Source: Alphaproteobacteria bacterium (GTDB lineage Bacteria; Pseudomonadota; Alphaproteobacteria; MPNO01). Taken from it: DNA of 64,000 bases. This document shows positions 56,937 through 64,000 of the stretch, piece by piece (positions within the stretch are counted from its first letter, which is position 1; every line of letters starts with the position of its first letter). The translations under genes and the position numbers were made by a program. The stretch covers positions 1,416,820 to 1,480,819 of the forward strand of contig CBDFLJ010000001.1 in assembly GCA_965248835.1 (NCBI GenBank). Reading direction: 5' to 3'. The notes under the pieces are model-generated. The model ran no database searches. It saw nothing but the letters and a program-made list of their open reading frames with translations, and was not told the DNA's origin.

Positions 56937-58019
56937 ATGACCGCCTGTTCCTCGTCGGGATGGAGACCGGTGCCGGGCAATTTCATCAGGAACGACTGGT
57001 ACGTCGCGGCCTTGTCCGCGGAGGTCGGCGACCGGCCGATCGGGTTCACCGTGCTGGGCGAGCCGATCGTGCTGTTTCGCGACAGCGCCGGTGCCGTCGT
57101 CGCGCTCGAGGACCGCTGCGTGCACCGCCAGGCGCCCCTGTCGCTGGGCAGCGTGGTCGGCGACCGGCTGCAATGCGGCTATCACGGCTTCACCTACGAC
57201 CGCACCGGATCGTGCGTGCTGGTCCCGAGCCAGGACCGCGTCCCGCCGGGTGCGGCGGTGCGCGCCTATCCGGTCCGCGAGCGTCAGGGCATGATCTTCG
57301 TGTGGACCGGCGACCCGGCGTTGAGCGCGCAGCGTGCGCCCTATGACTTCCCCTATGCCGAGGGCGCGGGCTGGTCGCTCCATTTCGAACGGCTCTACGG
57401 CCGGTTCGACTACCGGCTGCTGATCGACAACCTCCTGGACCTGACCCATCTCAGCTTCGCGCACAAGACCACCATCGGCTCGGCGGGGCTTGCCCGAGAC
57501 GACGACACCAGGACCGAGCGGGACGGCGACAAGGTCCGCGTGAGCCGATGGATGCCCGATATCGAGCAGGCGCCGGCGCATGTCGAGATCACCGGCCATC
57601 CCGGCCGGATCGACCGCTGGCAGGTCATCGAGTTCACGCCGCCCTGCTATATCTGGCTGCAGGTCGGCACCGCCAAGGCCGGGCGCGGCGGGCGCGGGGC
57701 GGCGCCCGAGGATACGCTGCTCGACCGCCATGCGCTGCACGTCATGACCCCGGAGACCGAGGCCAGCACCCACTACCTCTGGGTGATGGCCAACAAGGCT
57801 GGAACATTGTCGGCCGATCAGGAGCGCATTCTGCACGACCGCTCGATCCAGGCCTTCAACGAGGACATTGCGATCCTCGAGGGCCAGCAGAGCCGGCTCG
57901 ACCCTGAGCGGGTCACCGTCGATGTCGGCGCCGATGCCGGCCAGATCGCCGGCCGCCGGCTGCTCGAAAAGCTGATCGCCGAGGACGCCGGCCGATCCGG
58001 CCTGGCTGGAACAGGCTAG
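56937..58019 (+). CDS. Rieske [2Fe-2S] non-heme-iron oxygenase alpha subunit, VanA/phthalate-family (demethylase/monooxygenase type)
   Basis: The Rieske motif is CVHRQAPLSLGSV...CGYHGF. The mononuclear Fe region (HLSFAHK) and ~360-aa length match VanA-like single-component oxygenases. The start is uncertain (ATG 56937 or a downstream GTG). Confidence 0.75.
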   Translation: MTACSSSGWRPVPGNFIRNDWYVAALSAEVGDRPIGFTVLGEPIVLFRDSAGAVVALEDRCVHRQAPLSLGSVVGDRLQCGYHGFTYDRTGSCVLVPSQDRVPPGAAVRAYPVRERQGMIFVWTGDPALSAQRAPYDFPYAEGAGWSLHFERLYGRFDYRLLIDNLLDLTHLSFAHKTTIGSAGLARDDDTRTERDGDKVRVSRWMPDIEQAPAHVEITGHPGRIDRWQVIEFTPPCYIWLQVGTAKAGRGGRGAAPEDTLLDRHALHVMTPETEASTHYLWVMANKAGTLSADQERILHDRSIQAFNEDIAILEGQQSRLDPERVTVDVGADAGQIAGRRLLEKLIAEDAGRSGLAGTG

Positions 58020-59032
58020 GCGTGCGGATCGGGGTGGCGGGCGCCGCGCCAATCGGTGATCTCGCTTCCTTGGCGGTAGACCGGGCCGACCGGGACCTTG
58101 CCGTGACCGCCGGGGATGTCGAGCACGTAGGTCGGCATGCACAGCCCGGACAGCCTGCCCCGCAGCGCCCGCATGATCGCCTGGCCTGTCTCGACCGGGA
58201 CCCTGAAGCGGGCGGTCCCGGGCGCAAGATCGGGATGGTGCAGGTAATAGGGCCTCACCCTGTGGCGCACCAGCTTGCGGAACAGCGCCTCCAGGACCGC
58301 CGCGTCGTCGTTGACGCCACGCAGCAGGACGGTCTGGGACAGGAGCGGTAACCCGGCGTCGTGCAGCCGGGCGATCGCCGCGCAGGCCGTCGGATCGAGC
58401 TCCTCGGCGTGGTTGCAGTGAATCGCCATATAGACCGGCTTGCCGCACGCCAACGCCGCGATGCGCGCCGTCGAGATCAGCCGCGGCTCGGCCACCGGCA
58501 CCCGGGTGTGGATGCGCACCACCTCGACATGGCCGATCGCATCGATCCGGTCGAGGACGGCGCGCAGCCGCCGCGGCGCGAGCGCCAGGGGATCGCCGCC
58601 GCTCAGGATCACCTCGCGGATCGTCGGGTGTGCGGCGATGTAACCGACCGCCGCATCGAGCGCCGCCGGACCCAGCACGCCGCCGCCTGGTCCGACCACC
58701 TCGCGCCGGAAGCAGAACCGGCAATAGACCGGACACACGGTGGAGGGCATCAGCAGCACCCGGTCGGGATAGCGGTGGACGATGCCCGGCAGCGGGGAAT
58801 GGGCCGAATCGCCGATGGGGTCTTCGCGCTCCGCCGGATCGCGCACCAGCTCGGCCGGGTCGGGCAGATATTGCAGCGCGATCGGGTCGTCCTTGCGCCC
58901 GGGCGCGATCAGCCCCGCCACATGGGGTGTGACCGCCAGCGCGTACCGGGCCGCGACCGCCTCGGCATCGGCGACTGCTTCGGCCGGGATCAGCCCCGCC
59001 TCGTGCAGCGCGCGGCCGGTCGTCAGTGCCAT
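58016..59032 (-). CDS. epmB: EF-P beta-lysylation protein EpmB (lysine 2,3-aminomutase-like radical SAM)
   Basis: The CxxxCxxC radical-SAM motif (CPVYCRFCFRRE) and a KamA-family C-terminal region are present. Confidence 0.8.
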   Translation of the reverse strand: MALTTGRALHEAGLIPAEAVADAEAVAARYALAVTPHVAGLIAPGRKDDPIALQYLPDPAELVRDPAEREDPIGDSAHSPLPGIVHRYPDRVLLMPSTVCPVYCRFCFRREVVGPGGGVLGPAALDAAVGYIAAHPTIREVILSGGDPLALAPRRLRAVLDRIDAIGHVEVVRIHTRVPVAEPRLISTARIAALACGKPVYMAIHCNHAEELDPTACAAIARLHDAGLPLLSQTVLLRGVNDDAAVLEALFRKLVRHRVRPYYLHHPDLAPGTARFRVPVETGQAIMRALRGRLSGLCMPTYVLDIPGGHGKVPVGPVYRQGSEITDWRGARHPDPHA

Positions 59033-59091
59033 CCTACCCCTCCGTGTGCGGATCGGGCATTATCGCGCCATGCTCGGCCGGGGGAAGAGTC

Positions 59092-60126
59092 ATGGTTGAG
59101 CCGCGCTGGTGGGACAAGGCCCGATACGCCGCCAGGCGGCCCAACCTGATCGTGCGCGCCCGCGTGATCGCCGCGGTCCGCCGCTTCTTCGCAGAGGCCG
59201 GGTTCGTCGAGGTCGAGACCCCGGCGCTCCAGGTCTCGCCGGGGCTGGAACCGCATCTGGACGCTTTCGAAACCGTGCTGCGCGAGCCGTTCCACGACGG
59301 CAGGGAGCGGCTGCTCCATCTGCACACCTCGCCCGAGTTCGCGATGAAGAAGCTGTTGGCCGCGGGCGAGCAGCGCCTGTTCCAGATCGCGCGGTGCTAC
59401 CGCAACCAGGAGCGCTCGGCGACGCACCACCCCGAATTCACCATGCTGGAATGGTACCGCGCCGGTGCCAGCTACCGCCACCTGATGACCGACTGCGAAC
59501 GGCTGCTGGCGGCCTGCACCACCGGACTGCGAAGCGGCGACCGGACGGCGAACCCGGCCGCCCCGTGGACCCGTATCACCGTCACCGAGGCGTTCGAACG
59601 CCATGCCGGGATCGACCCGATGGCGCTGATGGACGACGATGTCGAGCCCACCCCCGGTCCGCTGATCGAGGCGGCGCGGGCCATCGGGGTCTGGGCCAAC
59701 GACCGCGACCGCTGGGAGGATGCGTTCTTCCGCATCTTCCTCGCCGTCGTCGAGCCCGCGCTCGGCATCGGCGCACCGGCAATCCTCTATGACTGGCCGG
59801 CGCCGATGGCCGCGTTGTCACGGCTCCATGCGGGCGGCAGGCTGGCCGAGCGGTTCGAGGTCTTCGCCTGCGGTCTGGAGCTCGCCAACGGATACACCGA
59901 GCTGACCGATCCGGTCGAGCAGCGCGCCCGGTTCGAGCGTGACCGAGTCAAGCGCGCGGCGCATTTCGGCGCTGCCTACCCGATCGACGAGGACTTCATG
60001 GCAGCGCTCGAATCGGGTCTTCCCGATTGCGCCGGCATTGCGCTGGGCATCGACCGCCTGGTGATGCTGGCGACCGGAGCGGGCCACATCGAGGATGTGC
60101 TCTGGGCGCCGGTCACGCCGGGCTAA
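59092..60126 (+). CDS. epmA: EF-P-lysine lysyltransferase EpmA (GenX/PoxA, truncated LysRS paralog)
   Basis: The internal ATG gives MVEPRWWDKARYAARRPNLIVRARVIAAVRRFF. Class II aaRS motifs (FQIARCYRNQE, GIALGIDRLVML) are present. Confidence 0.8.
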   Translation: MVEPRWWDKARYAARRPNLIVRARVIAAVRRFFAEAGFVEVETPALQVSPGLEPHLDAFETVLREPFHDGRERLLHLHTSPEFAMKKLLAAGEQRLFQIARCYRNQERSATHHPEFTMLEWYRAGASYRHLMTDCERLLAACTTGLRSGDRTANPAAPWTRITVTEAFERHAGIDPMALMDDDVEPTPGPLIEAARAIGVWANDRDRWEDAFFRIFLAVVEPALGIGAPAILYDWPAPMAALSRLHAGGRLAERFEVFACGLELANGYTELTDPVEQRARFERDRVKRAAHFGAAYPIDEDFMAALESGLPDCAGIALGIDRLVMLATGAGHIEDVLWAPVTPG

Positions 60127-60172
60127 CGCCCGGATCCCGCCCCCAAACAACCCGGCCCCCGGCGAATCGTGA

Positions 60173-60523
60173 TTACGACGCGGGAGACAGCGGATCGGCG
60201 AGCCAATCGCCGAGCCCGGTGTCGTAGGCGATGCCCTGGGCGGTGATGGTCGGCCCGCCGGGCCGGTCGATGCGCGCCAGTCCCTTGCGCAGCAGAACAC
60301 GCCACACGGCCGGGTTGGAAAGCCCGCTCGCATCCCTGGCCGAAACCAGGAAACGGCCGATATGGACGTGGTCGCCATGGGGGCGCGGGATTTCCAGCAG
60401 GTGGACATCGCCGCTCGCCTCGTCCTTGCGGGCGATGTCGTCCTCGCGCGCCAGCGCCTGGGCCAGGGCCAGGGTTCGGAGCTGCAGCTTGTTCAGCTTG
60501 AGCGGATTCTTCTTCGGCGGCAT
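60173..60523 (-). CDS. hypothetical protein (116 aa)
   Basis: The translation from the second internal ATG starts MPPKKNPLKLNKLQLRTLAL. That ATG is 9 nt after GAGAGG. GC3 bias is strong. I recognise no family. Confidence 0.45.
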   Translation of the reverse strand: MPPKKNPLKLNKLQLRTLALAQALAREDDIARKDEASGDVHLLEIPRPHGDHVHIGRFLVSARDASGLSNPAVWRVLLRKGLARIDRPGGPTITAQGIAYDTGLGDWLADPLSPAS

Positions 60524-60536
60524 GCAGGCCATCCTC

Positions 60537-62888
60537 TCAGGGGGATCGCATCGGGATTCGCTTCGCGTCGGGGCCGGGCGCTGCGGCGATCGCCCGCAGC
60601 ACGCGAGCAGGCGTGATCGGGAGCTCGGTGATCTCAACGCCCAAAGGCCGCAGCGCATCGTTGACCGCATTGCCGATCGCGGCCAGCGGGCCGATCGCGC
60701 CGCCCTCGCCGACTCCCTTGATGCCGAAAACCGTATAGGGCGAGGGGGTCTCCATGTGGTGGACGCGGATGTCGGGCACCTCGGTCGGGCCGGGCAGCAC
60801 GTAGTCGGCGAATGTCGGCGCAAGCGGGATCCCGGTCGCGCTGAACGGCATCTCCTCATAGAGCGCGGTGCCGATGCCCTGGGCGGTGCCGCCATGGACC
60901 TGACCCTCGACGATCATCGGGTTGACCATAACGCCCGGATCCTCGACGACCACGTAGTCGAGGATCTCCACCGCGCCGGTCTGCCGATCGAGCGCGACCA
61001 CCGCGGCGTGGGTCGCAGCGGTATAGGCGCCGGTGCGGCGGCTCGGCGAATAGCCCTCGGTCGCCTCCAGCCCGCCGGGGTCGAGGTCGTCGGGCAGGTC
61101 CTGCGGGCGCAGGTACCAGGCGCGCGCGATCTCGCGCAGCGTCACACTGCCCGAGGGGCCGAACACCGCGCCGTCTCTGACCTCGACGCTGGCCGCGTCG
61201 GCCTGCAGCAAGGCGCCGCCGATCGCCGCCGCCCGGCCGGCAATGCGCCGGCAGGACTCGGTCACCGCGCCGCCGGCCCAGACGATGCAGCGCGATCCCC
61301 AGGTGCCCGACGAATAGGGGCTGAGCTCGGTGTCGCCGTGTACCACCCGGACATCGGCCGGATCGATGCCGAGGACCTCGTTGGCGAGCTGGGCGAGGGT
61401 GGTCTCCAGCCCCTGGCCATGGCTGTGCACGCCGACCCGAAGGTCGAGCCGGCCGTCGGGCGTCAGCCGCGCCGTGGCCTGCTCGAAGAGCTGCATCTTC
61501 TTGCCGTCGGAGGTGACCCCGGTGGCCGACTGCTCGCCGAAGATGCCGAACCCGACGCCGAGCAGGCGCCCATCCGGCATGCCCTCTGCCTGGCGGCGGC
61601 GCACGCCGGCAAGGTCGATCGCAGCGACCGCGTCCTCCAGGCATTTCGGGTAGTCGCCGCTGTCGAAATGCTTGCCGGTGACGTTGTCGTAGGGCATCGC
61701 CGCCGGCGGGATCAGGTTGAGCAGGCGGACCTCGGTGGGGTCCTTGCCGACCGCGCGGGCCAGCGCATCGATCATCATCTCCATGACGTAGCAGACGCCG
61801 GGCCGCGCGACCCCGCGATAGGGCAGAATCGGTGTCTTGTTGGTCGCAACCGCGGCGGCGGTGCAGCGATAGGAAGGGATGACGTAGGGGCCGGGCAGCA
61901 CGCCGACGACCTGCGAGACCTCGACCGCGGCGGTGAACGGCGTTGCCGAATAGGCCCCGGCATCGACGACGGCCTCGGCATCGACCGCCAACAGCCGGCC
62001 GTCGCGATCGGCATGAACGGTGATGCGGTAGTGATGCTCACGGCAATTGGCCGAGGCGCTGAGATGCTCATGGCGGTCCTCGAGCCAGCGCACGGCCCGT
62101 CCGGTCTTGAGCGCGAGCCAGCAGACCGCGACCTCTTCGGGCGCCAGGACCGCCTTGTAGCCGAAGCCGCCGCCGATATCGGGCGAGATCACCCGGATGC
62201 GCTGGTCGGCAATCTGCAAGCATTCGGCGAGCCCGGTGCGCAAGACATGCGGGAACTGCGAGGTGGCGTGGACGATGAGTTGATCGGTCCGGCTGTCGAA
62301 TTCGGCGACCAGGCCGCGGCCTTCGAGCGGCGCCATGCATTGCCGCGCGGTGCGGAATTCGCGGGCGAGCGTGATCGGAGCGCCGGCGGCCGCCGCGGCG
62401 ATGTTGCCGTCGTGGCCGACCTGAAGAAAGACATTCTCCGTCCAGCCGTCGTGGAGCAGCGGGGCGTCCGGGCTGCGCGCCGCGAGCATGTCGGAGACGG
62501 CGGCGATCGCCTCTGTCTGGAGTGCGATGCGCTGGGCGATGTCCTCGGCCTCCGCCCTGGTGTCGGCGAGGCACATCGCGACCGGCTCGCCGGCATAGCG
62601 CAGCCTGTGGCCGGCCAGCACCGGCTGATCGGACGGCCTGAACCCGGCAATGCCGACCACCGCGCGGAGCGGCCGGACACCGGCGAGATCGGAAGCGGTG
62701 AAAACCGCATCGCGCACGTCGTCGGGGATCGTGATGCCGTGGAGATGGGCGTGTGCCAGGGGGCTCCTGACGAAGGCAACGTCCTGCATGCGCTCGGGCT
62801 TGAGGTCGCCGACGAACCGGCCGCGCCCGCGCAGAAACCGCGCATCCTCCTTGCGGGCCAGTCTTGCGCGCAATCCCTTGGAAGCCAC
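60537..62888 (-). CDS. xanthine dehydrogenase / aldehyde oxidase / CO dehydrogenase family molybdopterin-binding large subunit
   Basis: The 783-aa protein has an Ald_Xan_dh_C N-domain and Mo-co binding domains (GGGFGYK, VHGGTAQGIG, catalytic Glu near the C-terminal GEGG region). Confidence 0.85.
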   Translation of the reverse strand: MASKGLRARLARKEDARFLRGRGRFVGDLKPERMQDVAFVRSPLAHAHLHGITIPDDVRDAVFTASDLAGVRPLRAVVGIAGFRPSDQPVLAGHRLRYAGEPVAMCLADTRAEAEDIAQRIALQTEAIAAVSDMLAARSPDAPLLHDGWTENVFLQVGHDGNIAAAAAGAPITLAREFRTARQCMAPLEGRGLVAEFDSRTDQLIVHATSQFPHVLRTGLAECLQIADQRIRVISPDIGGGFGYKAVLAPEEVAVCWLALKTGRAVRWLEDRHEHLSASANCREHHYRITVHADRDGRLLAVDAEAVVDAGAYSATPFTAAVEVSQVVGVLPGPYVIPSYRCTAAAVATNKTPILPYRGVARPGVCYVMEMMIDALARAVGKDPTEVRLLNLIPPAAMPYDNVTGKHFDSGDYPKCLEDAVAAIDLAGVRRRQAEGMPDGRLLGVGFGIFGEQSATGVTSDGKKMQLFEQATARLTPDGRLDLRVGVHSHGQGLETTLAQLANEVLGIDPADVRVVHGDTELSPYSSGTWGSRCIVWAGGAVTESCRRIAGRAAAIGGALLQADAASVEVRDGAVFGPSGSVTLREIARAWYLRPQDLPDDLDPGGLEATEGYSPSRRTGAYTAATHAAVVALDRQTGAVEILDYVVVEDPGVMVNPMIVEGQVHGGTAQGIGTALYEEMPFSATGIPLAPTFADYVLPGPTEVPDIRVHHMETPSPYTVFGIKGVGEGGAIGPLAAIGNAVNDALRPLGVEITELPITPARVLRAIAAAPGPDAKRIPMRSP

Positions 62889-62997
62889 TGTCGCCCCTCC
62901 ATCCCGATGGCCCGAACATGGGCCGGGTCTATTTTGCCCTCGCCGGCCAATCGATGCATCCTGGATGGCCGCAGATCGAGGGAGGCTTAGAAAGACG

Positions 62998-64000
62998 ATG
63001 CCGGACGACGCCCCGGCGCGCGGTCGCTACGACCCGCGCGCGCAAACGATGATGACCTTCCACGACCTTGTTCCCGCTTTCCGCGAGGGCACCGCCAGCC
63101 CGCGTGCGCTGCTGGAGCGCTGCCTGGAGGCGATCGCCGCGCGCGAGGACGAGATCATGGCCTGGGCGGTGATCGATGAGGCTGCCGCACGGTCCGCCGC
63201 CGATGAGTCCGCCGCGCGCTATGCGGCCGGCCGGCCGCTCTCGCCGGTCGACGGGCTGCCGATCGGGATCAAGGACCTGATCGAGACCGCGGACATGCCG
63301 ACGGAATTCGGCAGCGTGCTCTATGGCGGTCATCGGCCGCTCCAGGACGCGGCCTGCGTGCATGCCCTGCGCGCCGGCGGGGCGGTGGTCATCGGCAAGA
63401 CGGTGACGGTGACCTTCGGCGGCGGCGATCCGGCGCGCACACGCAACCCGCACGATCCGCGCCGGACGCCGGGCGGCTCGTCCAGCGGCTCGGCCGCAGC
63501 GGTGGGCGCGGCCACGGTGCCGGCGGCGGTCGGCACCCACGCGCGCGGCTCGACCATTCGCCCGGCGAGCTTCTGCGGCACCTACGCCCTCAAGCCGACT
63601 TTCGGGGCGATCAACCGTCAGGGCGTGTTCTCCGCCGCCCACAGCATGGACCATCTCGGCACCTTCGCCGGGTCGTTGTCCGATGTCTGGATCATCGCCC
63701 GGCACATGGCGCGGCTGGGCGGTGGGGATCCCGGCTATCCCGGGCTCTATGGCGGTGCCGCGCCGCCCGCGCCGCGCAAGCCGTTGCGGCTCGTGCGGCT
63801 CGAAACCGCCGGATGGCCGCAGACCGACGACGCTACCAAGGCGGCGTTCGAGGCCGTGGCCGCGGGCTTGGCCGCTTCCGGCATCGCGGTCTTCAGCCGC
63901 GCCGACGACCCCGCCATCGAGTCCTACGAGCGCGCGCTCGCCGAGGTCCCCGACCTGTGGCGCAACCTCTACCGGTTCGAGATGCGCTGGCCGATGCTGC
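62998..64000 (+). CDS. amidase signature (AS) family amidase, partial (runs off the window end)
   Basis: This frame is not in the ORF track because no stop falls inside the window. The translation contains GLPIGIKDLIETADMPT and GGSSSGSAAAVGAATVPAAVGTHARGSTIRPASFCG, the Ser-cisSer-Lys signature. GGAGG lies ~13 nt upstream of the ATG at 62998. An alternative start is the MMTF ATG ~45 nt downstream. Confidence 0.7.
   Translation, partial: MPDDAPARGRYDPRAQTMMTFHDLVPAFREGTASPRALLERCLEAIAAREDEIMAWAVIDEAAARSAADESAARYAAGRPLSPVDGLPIGIKDLIETADMPTEFGSVLYGGHRPLQDAACVHALRAGGAVVIGKTVTVTFGGGDPARTRNPHDPRRTPGGSSSGSAAAVGAATVPAAVGTHARGSTIRPASFCGTYALKPTFGAINRQGVFSAAHSMDHLGTFAGSLSDVWIIARHMARLGGGDPGYPGLYGGAAPPAPRKPLRLVRLETAGWPQTDDATKAAFEAVAAGLAASGIAVFSRADDPAIESYERALAEVPDLWRNLYRFEMRWPML

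Noticed and set aside
56841-58736. N-terminal 630 aa of the 820-aa minus-strand ORF containing efp
   Set aside because: Only the C-terminal 188 aa (from MKVNANTIRPGH) are EF-P. The upstream extension is Arg/Gly/Pro-rich and antisense to the Rieske oxygenase gene.
60231-62990. 919-aa plus-strand ORF antisense to the Mo-hydroxylase large subunit
   Set aside because: It has no domain signatures and a low-complexity Gly/Arg/Ala composition. The minus-strand gene has clear XDH-family motifs.
62929-63705. 258-aa minus-strand ORF at the window end
   Set aside because: It is antisense to a plus-strand frame carrying the amidase-signature motif (GGSSSGSAAAVG...), which is partial and therefore missing from the ORF track.
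1-64000. Search for CRISPR arrays, tRNA/rRNA genes, transposases, integrases and prophage remnants
   Set aside because: I found no tandem direct-repeat arrays, no tRNA-like T-loop/acceptor structures in intergenic regions over 100 nt, and no ORF with transposase or integrase motifs. The window appears to be stable chromosome.

Overview
This is a 64 kb chromosomal window from a high-GC (about 67-69%) alphaproteobacterium. The taxon is inferred from lineage-typical genes (DUF4167, DUF1013, DUF1192, DUF465/YdcH, RodZ-like, PtsP/EI-Ntr) and a hemA-prfA-prmC arrangement. I found no rRNA, tRNA, CRISPR array, transposase or integrase. The window is a mosaic of core genes (ptsP 3' end, rodZ-like, hisS, hemA, prfA, prmC, clpB, purEK, pfk, rpmE, suhB, efp, epmAB) and accessory or catabolic modules. 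(1) A FerA-type ADP-forming acyl-CoA synthetase, an acyl-CoA dehydrogenase and an HCHL-type enoyl-CoA hydratase/lyase sit next to a TctC/TctA(B-fused) tripartite transporter, which suggests hydroxycinnamate/phenylpropanoid catabolism. (2) A four-gene minus-strand hydrolase operon encodes M20 amidohydrolase, GGT, Amidohydro_3 and DSD1-type PLP enzyme. (3) A polysaccharide deacetylase, a small Cys-N-terminal protein and a COG0523 metallochaperone GTPase form an apparent operon. (4) A hyuA, hyuB, flotillin and ABC-ATPase operon, in which HyuB carries an unusual ~185-aa N-terminal extension that by eye resembles a Rad52/Sak-type fold. (5) A Pot-like ABC importer, dihydropyrimidinase and beta-ureidopropionase are interleaved with two paralogous small membrane proteins and an 8-TM protein. 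(6) A non-flagellar, non-Tol stator-like trio comprises a Pro-rich OmpA-like protein, a MotA/TolQ/ExbB-like channel with a C-terminal extension, and a MotB-like protein with a ~330-aa coiled coil. I judge this the most interesting candidate for an undescribed envelope system. (7) A VanA-like Rieske oxygenase is inserted in the efp-epmB-epmA locus. An orphan xanthine-dehydrogenase-family large subunit and a partial amidase lie at the 3' end. Many long antisense or alternate-frame ORFs in the track are GC-driven artefacts and were rejected. All calls rest on reading the six-frame translations and recognising motifs; no database searches were run.
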